Below, in pieces: positions 10,479-19,027 of a stretch of DNA of 64,000 nt. This stretch comes from an uncultured SAR86 cluster bacterium (lineage in GTDB: Bacteria > Pseudomonadota > Gammaproteobacteria > Magnimaribacterales > D2472): assembly GCA_902559345.1 (NCBI GenBank), contig CACEHH010000004.1:1458-65457 (forward strand), given 5' to 3'. Made by a program: the position numbers and the translations under genes. Under the pieces are notes generated by a model. That model ran no database searches and was not told where the DNA came from. It worked only from the letters and a program-made list of their open reading frames with translations. Numbering within the stretch: position 1 is the first letter of the stretch; each line of letters starts with the position of its first letter.

Positions 10479-10557
10479 TGGTGGGCCTGGGAAGACTCGA
10501 ACTTCCGACCTCTCGATTATCAGTCGAACGCTCTAACCAAAACTGAGCTACAGGCCC
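10479..10557 (-). tRNA. tRNA-Ile (anticodon GAU), CCA encoded
   Basis: Reverse complement: GGGCCTGTAGCTCAGTTTTGGTTAGAGCGTTCGACTGATAATCGAGAGGTCGGAAGTTCGAGTCTTCCCAGGCCCACCA. 7-bp acceptor stem GGGCCTG/CAGGCCC. Anticodon loop CTGATAA. T-arm GGAAG-TTCGAGT-CTTCC. Confidence 0.92.
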
Positions 10558-10606
10558 TATTTATGAATGAGCATTCTACCTTTGAATTACAAATTCGACA
10601 ATTACT

Positions 10607-11278
10607 CTAGTTTCTTTTAAGTGACTTATAAAGTGTAAAGTAAATATATCCAAGCGGTATAATAAACATATAATCAACCACAGATAATATAAATAATTGA
10701 ATTATTCCATCTGGTATTAATGTTGCGAACACGACAGAAGATACAAAGCTTAGCGAAAGAAATCCTAAAGTTAACATGAATAATCTTGTACTATATTGAT
10801 CAGTTTTTTGCCATGATTTACTTATTGATTCGCCAACTTTATTATTTTCAAACATAATTTGCGCTGCAAATAATGAAAACCTTGCAGATAAATAAACACC
10901 AGGAATAATTAATAGAACGTAACCAATTGAAATAATTAAGTTTAATAGTAGAGATGCGCCCAATAATGGTAAAAATTTTGACAGGCCTGCTGCAAGCGCA
11001 TTTATTGGATTAATAGGAATATTTAATTCAATAGACATATAACTAACATAAAGAGCACCGATAAATGATACTTGGACAATTAAACCAGTAATCCCAACCA
11101 GCCCAATTATTAATGAATTAGTTTCAAAAAAGCTTATTAGTTCATATTGATTTTTTTCTACTAAAGATGTGAATAGATATGCAACCATGAATTCAACAGC
11201 TATAACAGGAAGACCCAATACTAAAAAGTATTTCCAATTAACAAACGCATAAGTCCAAGCATTTTTGAATTGATTCAT
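10607..11278 (-). CDS. Polytopic inner-membrane protein (YciC/UPF0259-like architecture)
   Basis: 223 aa with about 6 TM helices. The (I/V)PG...ARFSL...A core resembles the YciC/DUF975 families. Assigned from memory only. Confidence 0.45.
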   Translation of the reverse strand: MNQFKNAWTYAFVNWKYFLVLGLPVIAVEFMVAYLFTSLVEKNQYELISFFETNSLIIGLVGITGLIVQVSFIGALYVSYMSIELNIPINPINALAAGLSKFLPLLGASLLLNLIISIGYVLLIIPGVYLSARFSLFAAQIMFENNKVGESISKSWQKTDQYSTRLFMLTLGFLSLSFVSSVVFATLIPDGIIQLFILSVVDYMFIIPLGYIYFTLYKSLKRN

Positions 11279-11306
11279 GCGTCAATTGTAAAGTAATATA
11301 TTTTAT

Positions 11307-13409
11307 ATGTATAAAAAATATCTACTCATAATCCTCCCAGTTTTAGTAATTTCTTGTACTAATCAAGATAAGGAGATCTTATATCCTGAATCAAAAAAAA
11401 TAGAACTTACCGAAAATCTACATGGTTATGAAATAACTGACTCCTATCGATGGCTTGAGGATTTTACAAGCGATGAATCAATTAAATGGATTGAGAGACA
11501 AAACAGATTTACTAAAAAGTTTATTAAAAAAAATAAATATAAAAGAGGTCTAGAGAATTACTTAAATCAAATTTGGGAAAGTGAATCAATATCTATTCCA
11601 TATAAAGTAAAAGAAAAGACTTTTTTCTATTTTAATGATGGATCATTCCAGCAAAGTAAATTAATGATTAAAGATTGCGAAACTTGTGAGACTAGAATTT
11701 TGATTGACCCTAATCAATTTTCAAATGACGGAACAGTCTCACTTGGTGGAACTAGTGTAAGTAATGATGCATCTCATATAGCTTATTCAATCTCTGATGG
11801 AGGATCTGATTGGAGGACCTGGAAAGTTATGAATATAGAAACTGGTGAAGTTCTTGAGGATGAACTTAAATGGGTAAAGTTTTCTGGTGCATCTTGGGAG
11901 AATGATGATAGCGGTTTTTACTATAGGCGCTATGCAGAGCCAGATGGAGAACTTTTAAAAGAATTAAATGAATCTCCAAAATTAATGTTTCATAAAATTG
12001 GAACAAGTCAATCTGATGATAAATTAATTTACGAGAATACTGAAAACCCTAGATGGGGGTTTGGAATTACTGTAATAAAAGATAGCGATATGAAAATATT
12101 ATCTATTTCAGAGGGAACGGATGAAAGAAACAAGATTTATTTAAAATTAAACAAAGAAAGTGATTTTCTGCCCATTATTGACGATTTAATCGGTGCATAT
12201 AGCTTTATTGACAGCAAAGATAACATTCTATGGTTTTATACAACTGAAAGTGCTCCAAATGGAAAAATAGTTAATTTAGAGGTAAAAAATGGTTCCTTTG
12301 TATGGAATGAAGTCATTCCAGAATCTAAAAATTCTATAAGATCAGTAAATATTGTTAATAATTCATTTGTCATCAATTACTTAGAAGATACTTTTTCAAA
12401 AATTAGTATTTTTAATCTTTCGGGAGAATTGATTTCAAAATTGTCTTTACCTAAACAAGGAACGATTAGTGGATTTAGTGGAGGGATCAATGACAGTAGT
12501 TCTTATTTTGCAATTACGAATTACGTTACTCCAAGAGAAATATATGAAATAGATTTTACAGATTTATCATATAAATTATTTTGGAAAGAAGAGCTTGATG
12601 GATACAATTCTGAAGATTATGTTTCGAGATTAGAATTTTACCCATCAAAAGATGGAACGAAAATCCCAATTCATATTAGTCATAAAAAAGATTTGGCAAT
12701 TGATGAGAACACTCCTTTATTAATATATGGATATGGAGGATTTAATATTTCCATTCTTCCGAACTTTAGCAAAAGTCAAACAGCATGGAAAAGCCAAGAC
12801 GGAGTTTTTGCTGTTGCAAATTTAAGGGGCGGATCAGAATATGGAGATGCTTGGCATGAAGCTGGTATGTTATTTAATAAACAAAATGTTTTTGATGACT
12901 TTGCATATGCAGCAAAATTTTTACACACTAAAAAAATTGGATCTCCTAATACAACAGCTATTGACGGAAGATCAAATGGTGGACTTTTAGTAGCTGCTAC
13001 TATGTTACAAAATCCAGATTTATTTGAAGTTGCTATTCCACAAGTTGGGGTTTTAGATATGCTTAGGTTTAATAAATTTACTATTGGATGGGCATGGGAA
13101 AGTGACTATGGCTCTTCAGATAAAAAAGATGAGTTTGAAAATCTATTAGCTTATTCACCACTTCATAATATTGAATCCAATGTCTGTTATCCAACAACAC
13201 TTATTACAACTGCTAGTCGCGATGACAGGGTTGTACCTTCTCATTCATTCAAGTTTGCAGCAAAATTACAGGAATTACAGTCTTGCAATAATCCTATTCT
13301 AATAAGAATAGAAGATAGAGCTGGGCATGGTGCTGGAACCCCAAAGGATAAAACAATTAATCAAATTTCTGAAATTTATGGATACGCTTTAAAAGTTATA
13401 AATAACTGA
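11307..13409 (+). CDS. Prolyl oligopeptidase (S9A serine endopeptidase), lipoprotein
   Basis: 700 aa. Lipobox VISC. N-terminal YRWLED motif, beta-propeller region, catalytic GRSNGG, and C-terminal DDRV / GHG (Asp/His). Confidence 0.88.
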   Translation: MYKKYLLIILPVLVISCTNQDKEILYPESKKIELTENLHGYEITDSYRWLEDFTSDESIKWIERQNRFTKKFIKKNKYKRGLENYLNQIWESESISIPYKVKEKTFFYFNDGSFQQSKLMIKDCETCETRILIDPNQFSNDGTVSLGGTSVSNDASHIAYSISDGGSDWRTWKVMNIETGEVLEDELKWVKFSGASWENDDSGFYYRRYAEPDGELLKELNESPKLMFHKIGTSQSDDKLIYENTENPRWGFGITVIKDSDMKILSISEGTDERNKIYLKLNKESDFLPIIDDLIGAYSFIDSKDNILWFYTTESAPNGKIVNLEVKNGSFVWNEVIPESKNSIRSVNIVNNSFVINYLEDTFSKISIFNLSGELISKLSLPKQGTISGFSGGINDSSSYFAITNYVTPREIYEIDFTDLSYKLFWKEELDGYNSEDYVSRLEFYPSKDGTKIPIHISHKKDLAIDENTPLLIYGYGGFNISILPNFSKSQTAWKSQDGVFAVANLRGGSEYGDAWHEAGMLFNKQNVFDDFAYAAKFLHTKKIGSPNTTAIDGRSNGGLLVAATMLQNPDLFEVAIPQVGVLDMLRFNKFTIGWAWESDYGSSDKKDEFENLLAYSPLHNIESNVCYPTTLITTASRDDRVVPSHSFKFAAKLQELQSCNNPILIRIEDRAGHGAGTPKDKTINQISEIYGYALKVINN

Positions 13410-13505
13410 TATGCGGTTTTAAAATTTTAATACTTACTATATTAAAATTTATTCAAAATCTTTACTATTAAATTAAAGTAATATTTATTAATATAAGTAA
13501 TTAAT

Positions 13506-13584
13506 GCAAAGGGGTGGCTGTTAAAGCCTGAGATCTATAGAAACTCTTTGAACCTGATCAACACAATAGTTGCGGAGGAATTGC
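13506..13584 (+). promoter_or_regulatory. TPP (THI-box) riboswitch
   Basis: GCAAAGGGGTGGCTGTTAAAGCCTGAGATCTATAGAAACTCTTTGAACCTGATCAACACAATAGTTGCGGAGGAATTGC. It contains the conserved GGGGTG, CTGAGA, TTTGAACCTGATC and GCG-AGGAA cores. P1 is GCAA/TTGC. The SD GGAGGA (13575-13580) lies inside the aptamer, and the ATG at 13587 follows 3 nt after P1. Confidence 0.9.
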
Positions 13585-13586
13585 AT

Positions 13587-15683
13587 ATGCATATCAGAAA
13601 AAAAATTTTATTTTTACTACCACTATTATTTTCTAACTTAATTTTTTTACAAGAAATCGAAGAAGTAATTGTCAAGGGAGAGTACAGAGAAAAATCTATA
13701 TATGAAGAAGATTCAAGCATTTTTGTTATTCAATCTGAAAAAATAAAATCTCAATCAATAAAACATTTTCAACAACTTTCATATTTGGTACCAAATTTAA
13801 ATTATGCTGCCTCAGATTCTCGTGCTAGGTATTTTCAAATTCGTGGTATTGGAGAAAGATCTGGTTATCAAGGCACACCAAATTCCTCTGTAGGATTTTT
13901 GATAGATGATATTGATTATTCTGGACAGGGCGGAATAGCAACTTTATTTGATGTAGATCAAGTTGAAGTTTTTCGAGGACCTCAAGGATCTAGTTCAGGA
14001 GCAAATGCTCTCGCAGGATTGATTTACATAAAGACAAAAGATCCAACTGAAAAATTCGAGGGAACTTCCGAACTAACTCTTGGAGATTATGGCACTCAAA
14101 ACATTGGGATAGCTTTTGGCGGGCCAATGCAGAATAAAAAACTTAAATATCGTTTAGTTCTTAGAACTGATTATGCAGATGGCTTTAGAAAGAATACCTA
14201 CCTAAATAAATCAGATACCTCAAAAAAAGATGAATTAACTTTACGCTATAAATTAAATTGGGAATTAAATGAAACAACAAATTTAGATTTTCTTGTTTCA
14301 AAAGTTGATATGGATGATCCGGCTGATATTTGGACTATTGATGGAAGTTTAAACACCTTATCTGACCGTCCAGGCATGGATTCACAAAATACAAACTCAT
14401 ATGGGATAAAGATTACTAAAGATTTTTCTAACTTTATTATTCAAAGTTTAACAAGTGCTACCAAAACCGATGTTATTTTTAGTTACGATGCAGATTGGGG
14501 TAACGCAGACTCACATTTTCCCTACATATATGATTATTTTTCTGAAACATTTAGAAAAAGAGATACTTTTAGCCAAGAGATACGTTTTTTATCTAAAAAT
14601 ACTGAATTTTCATTTGAAAATCCATACGAATGGGTTTTCGGTTTTGAATTTAGTGATCTTGATGAATCAAATTTAACAAAAGACGATGGCATATATGGAG
14701 ATCCAAATGATCCCTACAGTCCCTATATCAGTGAATCAGAAATTTTAAGAGACTATCAAGCTGAAAATTTTTCAGTCTTTGGAAACATTGATTATTTTTT
14801 AAATCGGTATTACAAGATTGCTTTTGGTTTGAGATGGGAAAATTGGGACTCAAAATATAAAGATTCAAATAATAAATCATTTAGACCTTCAAATAATATG
14901 AATGGTGGAAAGATTTCGTTAGTTAAAAATAGAAATAATTCAAATACATTTTTCTCAATTGCAAGAGGATATAAACAAGGTGGTTTTAATCTTGGACTTG
15001 ACGCAACTGATAATTTAATAAAACAATCTTTGATATATTATCCTGAGTTTTTAACTAATTATGAAATGGGTATTAGTTCAAATTTAGAAAACTTAGGTTT
15101 TAATTATTCAGTAGTTATATTTTTTTCAAAGAGAGAAGATCAACAAGTCTTGATCTCAAGACAGGTTGATCCTACAGATCCAAATACATTTTCATACCTT
15201 ACAGAAAATGCAGCCGAAGGAGAAAATTATGGAATTGAAATCACTTCAAATTATTTACTAACTGATGATTTATATTTATTTGCTAATTTAGGATTTCTTA
15301 AAACAAAAATTAAGAATTGGGAATCAAGAATTGATTTAGAAGGTAGGTCACAAGCTCATGCACCTGAGCACTCATATTCGATTGGAGGAAATCTAAATCT
15401 TAAAAATAATCTTTATTTAAAATTAGATATTAATGGAAAAAGTAGTTTTTATTATTCAGATTCACATGACAATCAATCTAAAAGCTATCAATTAACTAAC
15501 ATAATATTTGGATACTCGAATTCTGATTTTTCTGCTGATCTCTGGATAAGAAATATATTTAATAAATATTACTCAACGAGAGGATTTTACTTTGGTAACG
15601 AAGCACCAAACTTTATTGATACTTTATACAGAAGACAAGGAGACCCTAGAAATATTGGTATATCTCTGAGATATAATTTTTAA
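13587..15683 (+). CDS. TonB-dependent outer-membrane receptor (riboswitch-controlled; presumed thiamine or thiamine-precursor receptor)
   Basis: Signal peptide MHIRKKILFLLPLLFSNLIFL. Plug domain (DQVEVFRGPQG). Beta-barrel ending in the terminal aromatic ...SLRYNF. Start moved from 13548 to 13587 because the upstream codons lie inside the riboswitch and the SD precedes 13587. Confidence 0.88.
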   Translation: MHIRKKILFLLPLLFSNLIFLQEIEEVIVKGEYREKSIYEEDSSIFVIQSEKIKSQSIKHFQQLSYLVPNLNYAASDSRARYFQIRGIGERSGYQGTPNSSVGFLIDDIDYSGQGGIATLFDVDQVEVFRGPQGSSSGANALAGLIYIKTKDPTEKFEGTSELTLGDYGTQNIGIAFGGPMQNKKLKYRLVLRTDYADGFRKNTYLNKSDTSKKDELTLRYKLNWELNETTNLDFLVSKVDMDDPADIWTIDGSLNTLSDRPGMDSQNTNSYGIKITKDFSNFIIQSLTSATKTDVIFSYDADWGNADSHFPYIYDYFSETFRKRDTFSQEIRFLSKNTEFSFENPYEWVFGFEFSDLDESNLTKDDGIYGDPNDPYSPYISESEILRDYQAENFSVFGNIDYFLNRYYKIAFGLRWENWDSKYKDSNNKSFRPSNNMNGGKISLVKNRNNSNTFFSIARGYKQGGFNLGLDATDNLIKQSLIYYPEFLTNYEMGISSNLENLGFNYSVVIFFSKREDQQVLISRQVDPTDPNTFSYLTENAAEGENYGIEITSNYLLTDDLYLFANLGFLKTKIKNWESRIDLEGRSQAHAPEHSYSIGGNLNLKNNLYLKLDINGKSSFYYSDSHDNQSKSYQLTNIIFGYSNSDFSADLWIRNIFNKYYSTRGFYFGNEAPNFIDTLYRRQGDPRNIGISLRYNF

Positions 15684-15688
15684 CCTTT

Positions 15689-16255
15689 ATGTTAAATTTA
15701 AGCCTTGAAATCATTGCTGTAATAACAGCAATATTATATTTAGTTTTAGCTGCAAAAGAAGACGTAAAGTGCTGGTATGCGGCAATAATTAGTTCATCTT
15801 TATACTTTTATATAATGCTTAATGCTGGACTATTAATGGAGGCAATTCTACAAGTTTTTTATATAGGAATGGCCATTTATGGTTGGAAACAATGGAATAA
15901 GTTATCAGATGAACAATACGAAATAAGAATTAAGAAATGGAAAAAAATTAATCATTTATTTGCAGTAGGTATAGTCATAATCTTAGCAATAATTTCAAAA
16001 GATATTTTAGAAGAATATACAAATGCAGCATTTCCATTTTTAGATGCTTTAACAACTTTTGGTGCAATTGTCACAACATATATGGTTGCAAAAAAAATCA
16101 TCGAAAATTGGATTTACTGGTTTGTGATTGATTCAATATCAATATATCTATTTTATTCTAGGGAGCTATATTTAACATCCATACTATTTTTTATTTATCT
16201 AATTATTATTATTTTTGGATATAAATCATGGAATAAAAAGTTAAAAAGAAAATAA
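15689..16255 (+). CDS. pnuT: PnuC-family vitamin transporter (PnuT-like, thiamine)
   Basis: 188 aa with about 7 TM helices. Trp-rich PnuC motifs (YGWKQW, NWIYWFVIDSISIYLF). Sits 5 nt after the TBDR, under the TPP riboswitch. Confidence 0.75.
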   Translation: MLNLSLEIIAVITAILYLVLAAKEDVKCWYAAIISSSLYFYIMLNAGLLMEAILQVFYIGMAIYGWKQWNKLSDEQYEIRIKKWKKINHLFAVGIVIILAIISKDILEEYTNAAFPFLDALTTFGAIVTTYMVAKKIIENWIYWFVIDSISIYLFYSRELYLTSILFFIYLIIIIFGYKSWNKKLKRK

Positions 16256-17077
16256 ATGAATACATTAGAAATCATTTTAAATGAAAGAGATTTTAATTTT
16301 AAAATTTTTAAAAAAATTAATGATGGGGAAACATCAGAAATATTTCTGGGAGAATTCAATGGAAGAAAATCAATTTTTAAATTAACAAAAAGAAATAATT
16401 TTAATTTAGTAATAAATGAATATTTAAAAAATGGAGTGATTGAAAATATCTCAAAAAAAAATGTTACACCCAATATTTTGTTTTATGAAAAAAAAATTGG
16501 ATTGTTAATTTATGAATATATAGAAATAGAATCGAAGAATAAAATATTAAAAAATATACAAAGTATTGGAGAACAGTTAAAAAAATTTCATCAAATTAAA
16601 TTTAATAAAAGAACAAAAACTTATAACGATCAATTTAATTTATATTTAAATAAACTAAATTCAGAAAGTAAAAATAATTATCTTAAGGAAGCTATTGAAC
16701 TTTTCAATGATTTAAAGGTGCATGATAATGAAAATGTATTTAGTCACAATGATTTAAATGTTAACAATATTTTGATGAGTAAAAATAATATTTTTTTTAT
16801 TGATTTTGAATATTCAAGTATCAACAATAAATATTTTGATATATCTAAAATTATAGATTCATTAAATCTTAATAATTCAGAAATAAGTAAATTTTTATTT
16901 GGCTATGGAATAGAAGGAAATACCAAGGAAGTAAATACAAAAATAAAGAGATGGAGTTTAATGAACACTTATACCGAATTAATTTGGGCCAAGTATATTA
17001 ATAAATTTAATAAAAAATTTTTAAACGAAGAATATTTAAAATTATTAACGAGTAAGATTAAACAACAAAAGCTATAA
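16256..17077 (+). CDS. Thiamine kinase-like phosphotransferase (APH / choline-kinase fold)
   Basis: 273 aa. Catalytic loop HNDLNVNNIL and IDFEYS (Brenner-type motif and DxE metal site), as in ThiK/LicA kinases. Its start abuts the pnuT stop. Confidence 0.65.
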   Translation: MNTLEIILNERDFNFKIFKKINDGETSEIFLGEFNGRKSIFKLTKRNNFNLVINEYLKNGVIENISKKNVTPNILFYEKKIGLLIYEYIEIESKNKILKNIQSIGEQLKKFHQIKFNKRTKTYNDQFNLYLNKLNSESKNNYLKEAIELFNDLKVHDNENVFSHNDLNVNNILMSKNNIFFIDFEYSSINNKYFDISKIIDSLNLNNSEISKFLFGYGIEGNTKEVNTKIKRWSLMNTYTELIWAKYINKFNKKFLNEEYLKLLTSKIKQQKL

Positions 17078-17510
17078 ACAAAGTTAATATTACTATTCCA
17101 ATTGGTATAAATTTATCAATATTCATTATCAATTCCTCTTTGTTATTAGGTAGTTTTAAAGAAAAAATATTAAATTTTTGCTTTTTTGTACTAATTTCAT
17201 CTTCCATTTTATCCCTTTCATGATTAATTTCTGCATTTTTGCTTGTAGTTTCACCGACAATATCCTTAGAATCCTCATTTTCTATGATATTTTCTTTATC
17301 TAAAGTTACTTTTGAGGAAATTTCCTCTAATTCTTTAAGAATTTGATCTCTTTTTTGCCTTGCAATATGTATATTAGTTGTTTCTAGGGATTTTTTAATA
17401 AATTCTTTGCCAATAATTTTAGAAATATCCTTTGAAACTCGCTTTTGTATGAAATATATATCCTTATTTTTTCCCCTTAAAACAAGGTATTTGTCGTCAT
17501 TTGTACTCAT
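17058..17510 (-). CDS. Hypothetical protein: integrase N-terminal (arm-binding, DUF6538-like) motif + acidic linker + C-terminal TM anchor; possibly an integrase relic
   Basis: KYLVLRGKNKDIYFIQKRVSKDISKIIGKEFIKKSLETTNIHIARQKRDQI follows the YL.RG..YYF..RVPKDL...GK.EI..SL.T.D...A pattern I recall from integrase N-termini. No catalytic domain. The tail is IPIGIVILTLFIAFVV. Confidence 0.4.
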   Translation of the reverse strand: MSTNDDKYLVLRGKNKDIYFIQKRVSKDISKIIGKEFIKKSLETTNIHIARQKRDQILKELEEISSKVTLDKENIIENEDSKDIVGETTSKNAEINHERDKMEDEISTKKQKFNIFSLKLPNNKEELIMNIDKFIPIGIVILTLFIAFVV

Positions 17511-17603
17511 AATGTACCCATATTTTTACATTATTTTTATTTTATTTCAATTTAAATTTAAAATTTATACCTAAATGTACCCATATTTTCATTTGTACCC
17601 ATA
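17502..17603. repeat. Four direct copies of TGTAC(C/T)CATA in two pairs
   Basis: TGTACTCATA 17502-17511; TGTACCCATA 17513-17522, 17576-17585 and 17594-17603. The extended 16-mer AATGTACCCATATTTT is identical at 17511-17526 and 17574-17589. Confidence 0.8.
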
Positions 17604-17744
17604 AAAAAAGCTTTATCATAAGATCTTTACAAGTCTTTTTAATATTTTTAAAGGCTAGAGAGTTATTAATTTATTTTAAATAAATTGTTGTGTTTAATTT
17701 ATTTTGTTTTAACATTAGCAAAGTTAATTATATTGGGGAAATAA

Positions 17745-18941
17745 ATGAAAATATTATGTGTACTTTATGATGATCCAGTTAATGGAATGCCTGTCAAATA
17801 TGCTAGGGATGATTTGCCAAAATTAGATAAATATCCTGATGGGATGTCACTTCCTTCACCTAGTTCTGTAGATTTTACACCTGGTGAACTTCTTGGATGT
17901 GTTTCTGGAGAGTTGGGTTTGAGAAAATTCTTGGAAGACGCTGGCCATACATTAGTTGTTACTTCTGACAAAGATGGAGAAGGATGTCAGGCTGATAAAG
18001 AATTAGTTGATGCTGATATTGTTATATCACAACCATTCTTTCCTTATTATCTTACAAGAGACAAGATGGAGTCTGCTCCAAATTTAAAAATGGCTATAAC
18101 AGCCGGTATTGGTTCTGATCATGTTGATTTACAAGCAGCTATGGACAATAACGTTGATGTCGTGGAAGTTACTTATTGCAATTCTAGATCTGTAGCAGAA
18201 CATATAGTTATGATGATCTTATCAATGGTTAGAGACTATCATAACCAACATAGGATTGTGAAAGAAGGTGGTTGGAATATAGCTGATGCTGTTCAAAGAT
18301 CATACGACGTTGAGGGTATGCATGTTGGAACAGTTGCCGCTGGAAGAATTGGCATTGACATGCTTAGGAAAATGAAACCTTTTGACGTTCATTTACATTA
18401 TTTTGATATTCATAGACTTTCTGAAGAAGTAGAGGCTGAGTTAAATCTTACTTATCATGACTCTGTAGAATCTTTAGTTGCAGTTTGTGATGTTGTTAAT
18501 ATTAGCTGTCCGCTTCATCCAAAGACAGAACATTTATTTAATGATGAGATGATTGGTAAGATGAAACGTGGTGCATATATTGTTAATACCGCAAGAGGAA
18601 AAATTTGTGATAAAGATGCAATTGCTAGAGCATTAGAATCGGGTCAATTAAGTGGATATGCAGGAGATGTTTGGTTTCCTCAACCAGCACCTAATGATCA
18701 TGTATGGCGAACAATGCCCAACCATGGAATGACTCCTCATACCTCTGGAACGTCATTGTCTGCACAGGCTAGGTATGCTGCTGGTGTAAGAGAGATATTG
18801 GAGTGTTTCTTTGAAGGCAAACCAATTAGAGAGCCATATCTGATTGTTCAAAATGGAGATCTAGCTGGTATGGGTGCTCACTCTTATACCAAAGGTACTG
18901 CTACTGACGGATCTGAAGAGGCTGCAAACTTTAAGAAGTAG
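17745..18941 (+). CDS. fdh: NAD-dependent formate dehydrogenase (metal-independent, D-2-hydroxyacid dehydrogenase superfamily)
   Basis: 398 aa, collinear with my recollection of Pseudomonas sp. 101 FDH: KILCVLYDDPV, FTPGELLG.VSGELGLRK, LVVTSDKDG, AGIGSDHVDL, TVAAGRIG, GAYIVNTARGK, GYAGDVWFPQPAP, and the C-terminal GSEEAANFKK. Confidence 0.93.
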   Translation: MKILCVLYDDPVNGMPVKYARDDLPKLDKYPDGMSLPSPSSVDFTPGELLGCVSGELGLRKFLEDAGHTLVVTSDKDGEGCQADKELVDADIVISQPFFPYYLTRDKMESAPNLKMAITAGIGSDHVDLQAAMDNNVDVVEVTYCNSRSVAEHIVMMILSMVRDYHNQHRIVKEGGWNIADAVQRSYDVEGMHVGTVAAGRIGIDMLRKMKPFDVHLHYFDIHRLSEEVEAELNLTYHDSVESLVAVCDVVNISCPLHPKTEHLFNDEMIGKMKRGAYIVNTARGKICDKDAIARALESGQLSGYAGDVWFPQPAPNDHVWRTMPNHGMTPHTSGTSLSAQARYAAGVREILECFFEGKPIREPYLIVQNGDLAGMGAHSYTKGTATDGSEEAANFKK

Positions 18942-18963
18942 TTTATTGGTATATTATAAAATG

Positions 18964-18988
18964 GCGGAGTTTTATACTCCGCTTTTTT
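18964..18988 (+). terminator. Rho-independent terminator after fdh
   Basis: GCGGAGT-TTTAT-ACTCCGC hairpin followed by TTTTTT. Confidence 0.75.
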
Positions 18989-19027
18989 AATTATTTTTAT
19001 AATCATTGTTAGCCTTATAATAGAGTT

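Noticed and set aside
13422-13450. Hairpin AAATTTTAAT-N9-ATTAAAATTT after the prolyl oligopeptidase gene as an intrinsic terminator
   Set aside because: The stem is A/T only and has no following T-run. Such pairings arise easily in DNA of about 20% GC, so support is insufficient.
13548-13586. Track start codon 13548 for the TonB-dependent receptor
   Set aside because: The first 13 codons lie inside the TPP aptamer (ACCTGATC...GCGGAGGAA). The signal peptide begins at the Met encoded at 13587, which has a GGAGGA SD 7 nt upstream.
17745-18941. Formate dehydrogenase as a molybdenum/selenocysteine enzyme with a recoded UGA
   Set aside because: The protein is collinear with the metal-free NAD-dependent FDH family and has a Rossmann GxGxxG. 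There is no in-frame UGA, no Fe-S or molybdopterin motif, and no accessory fdhD/E genes.
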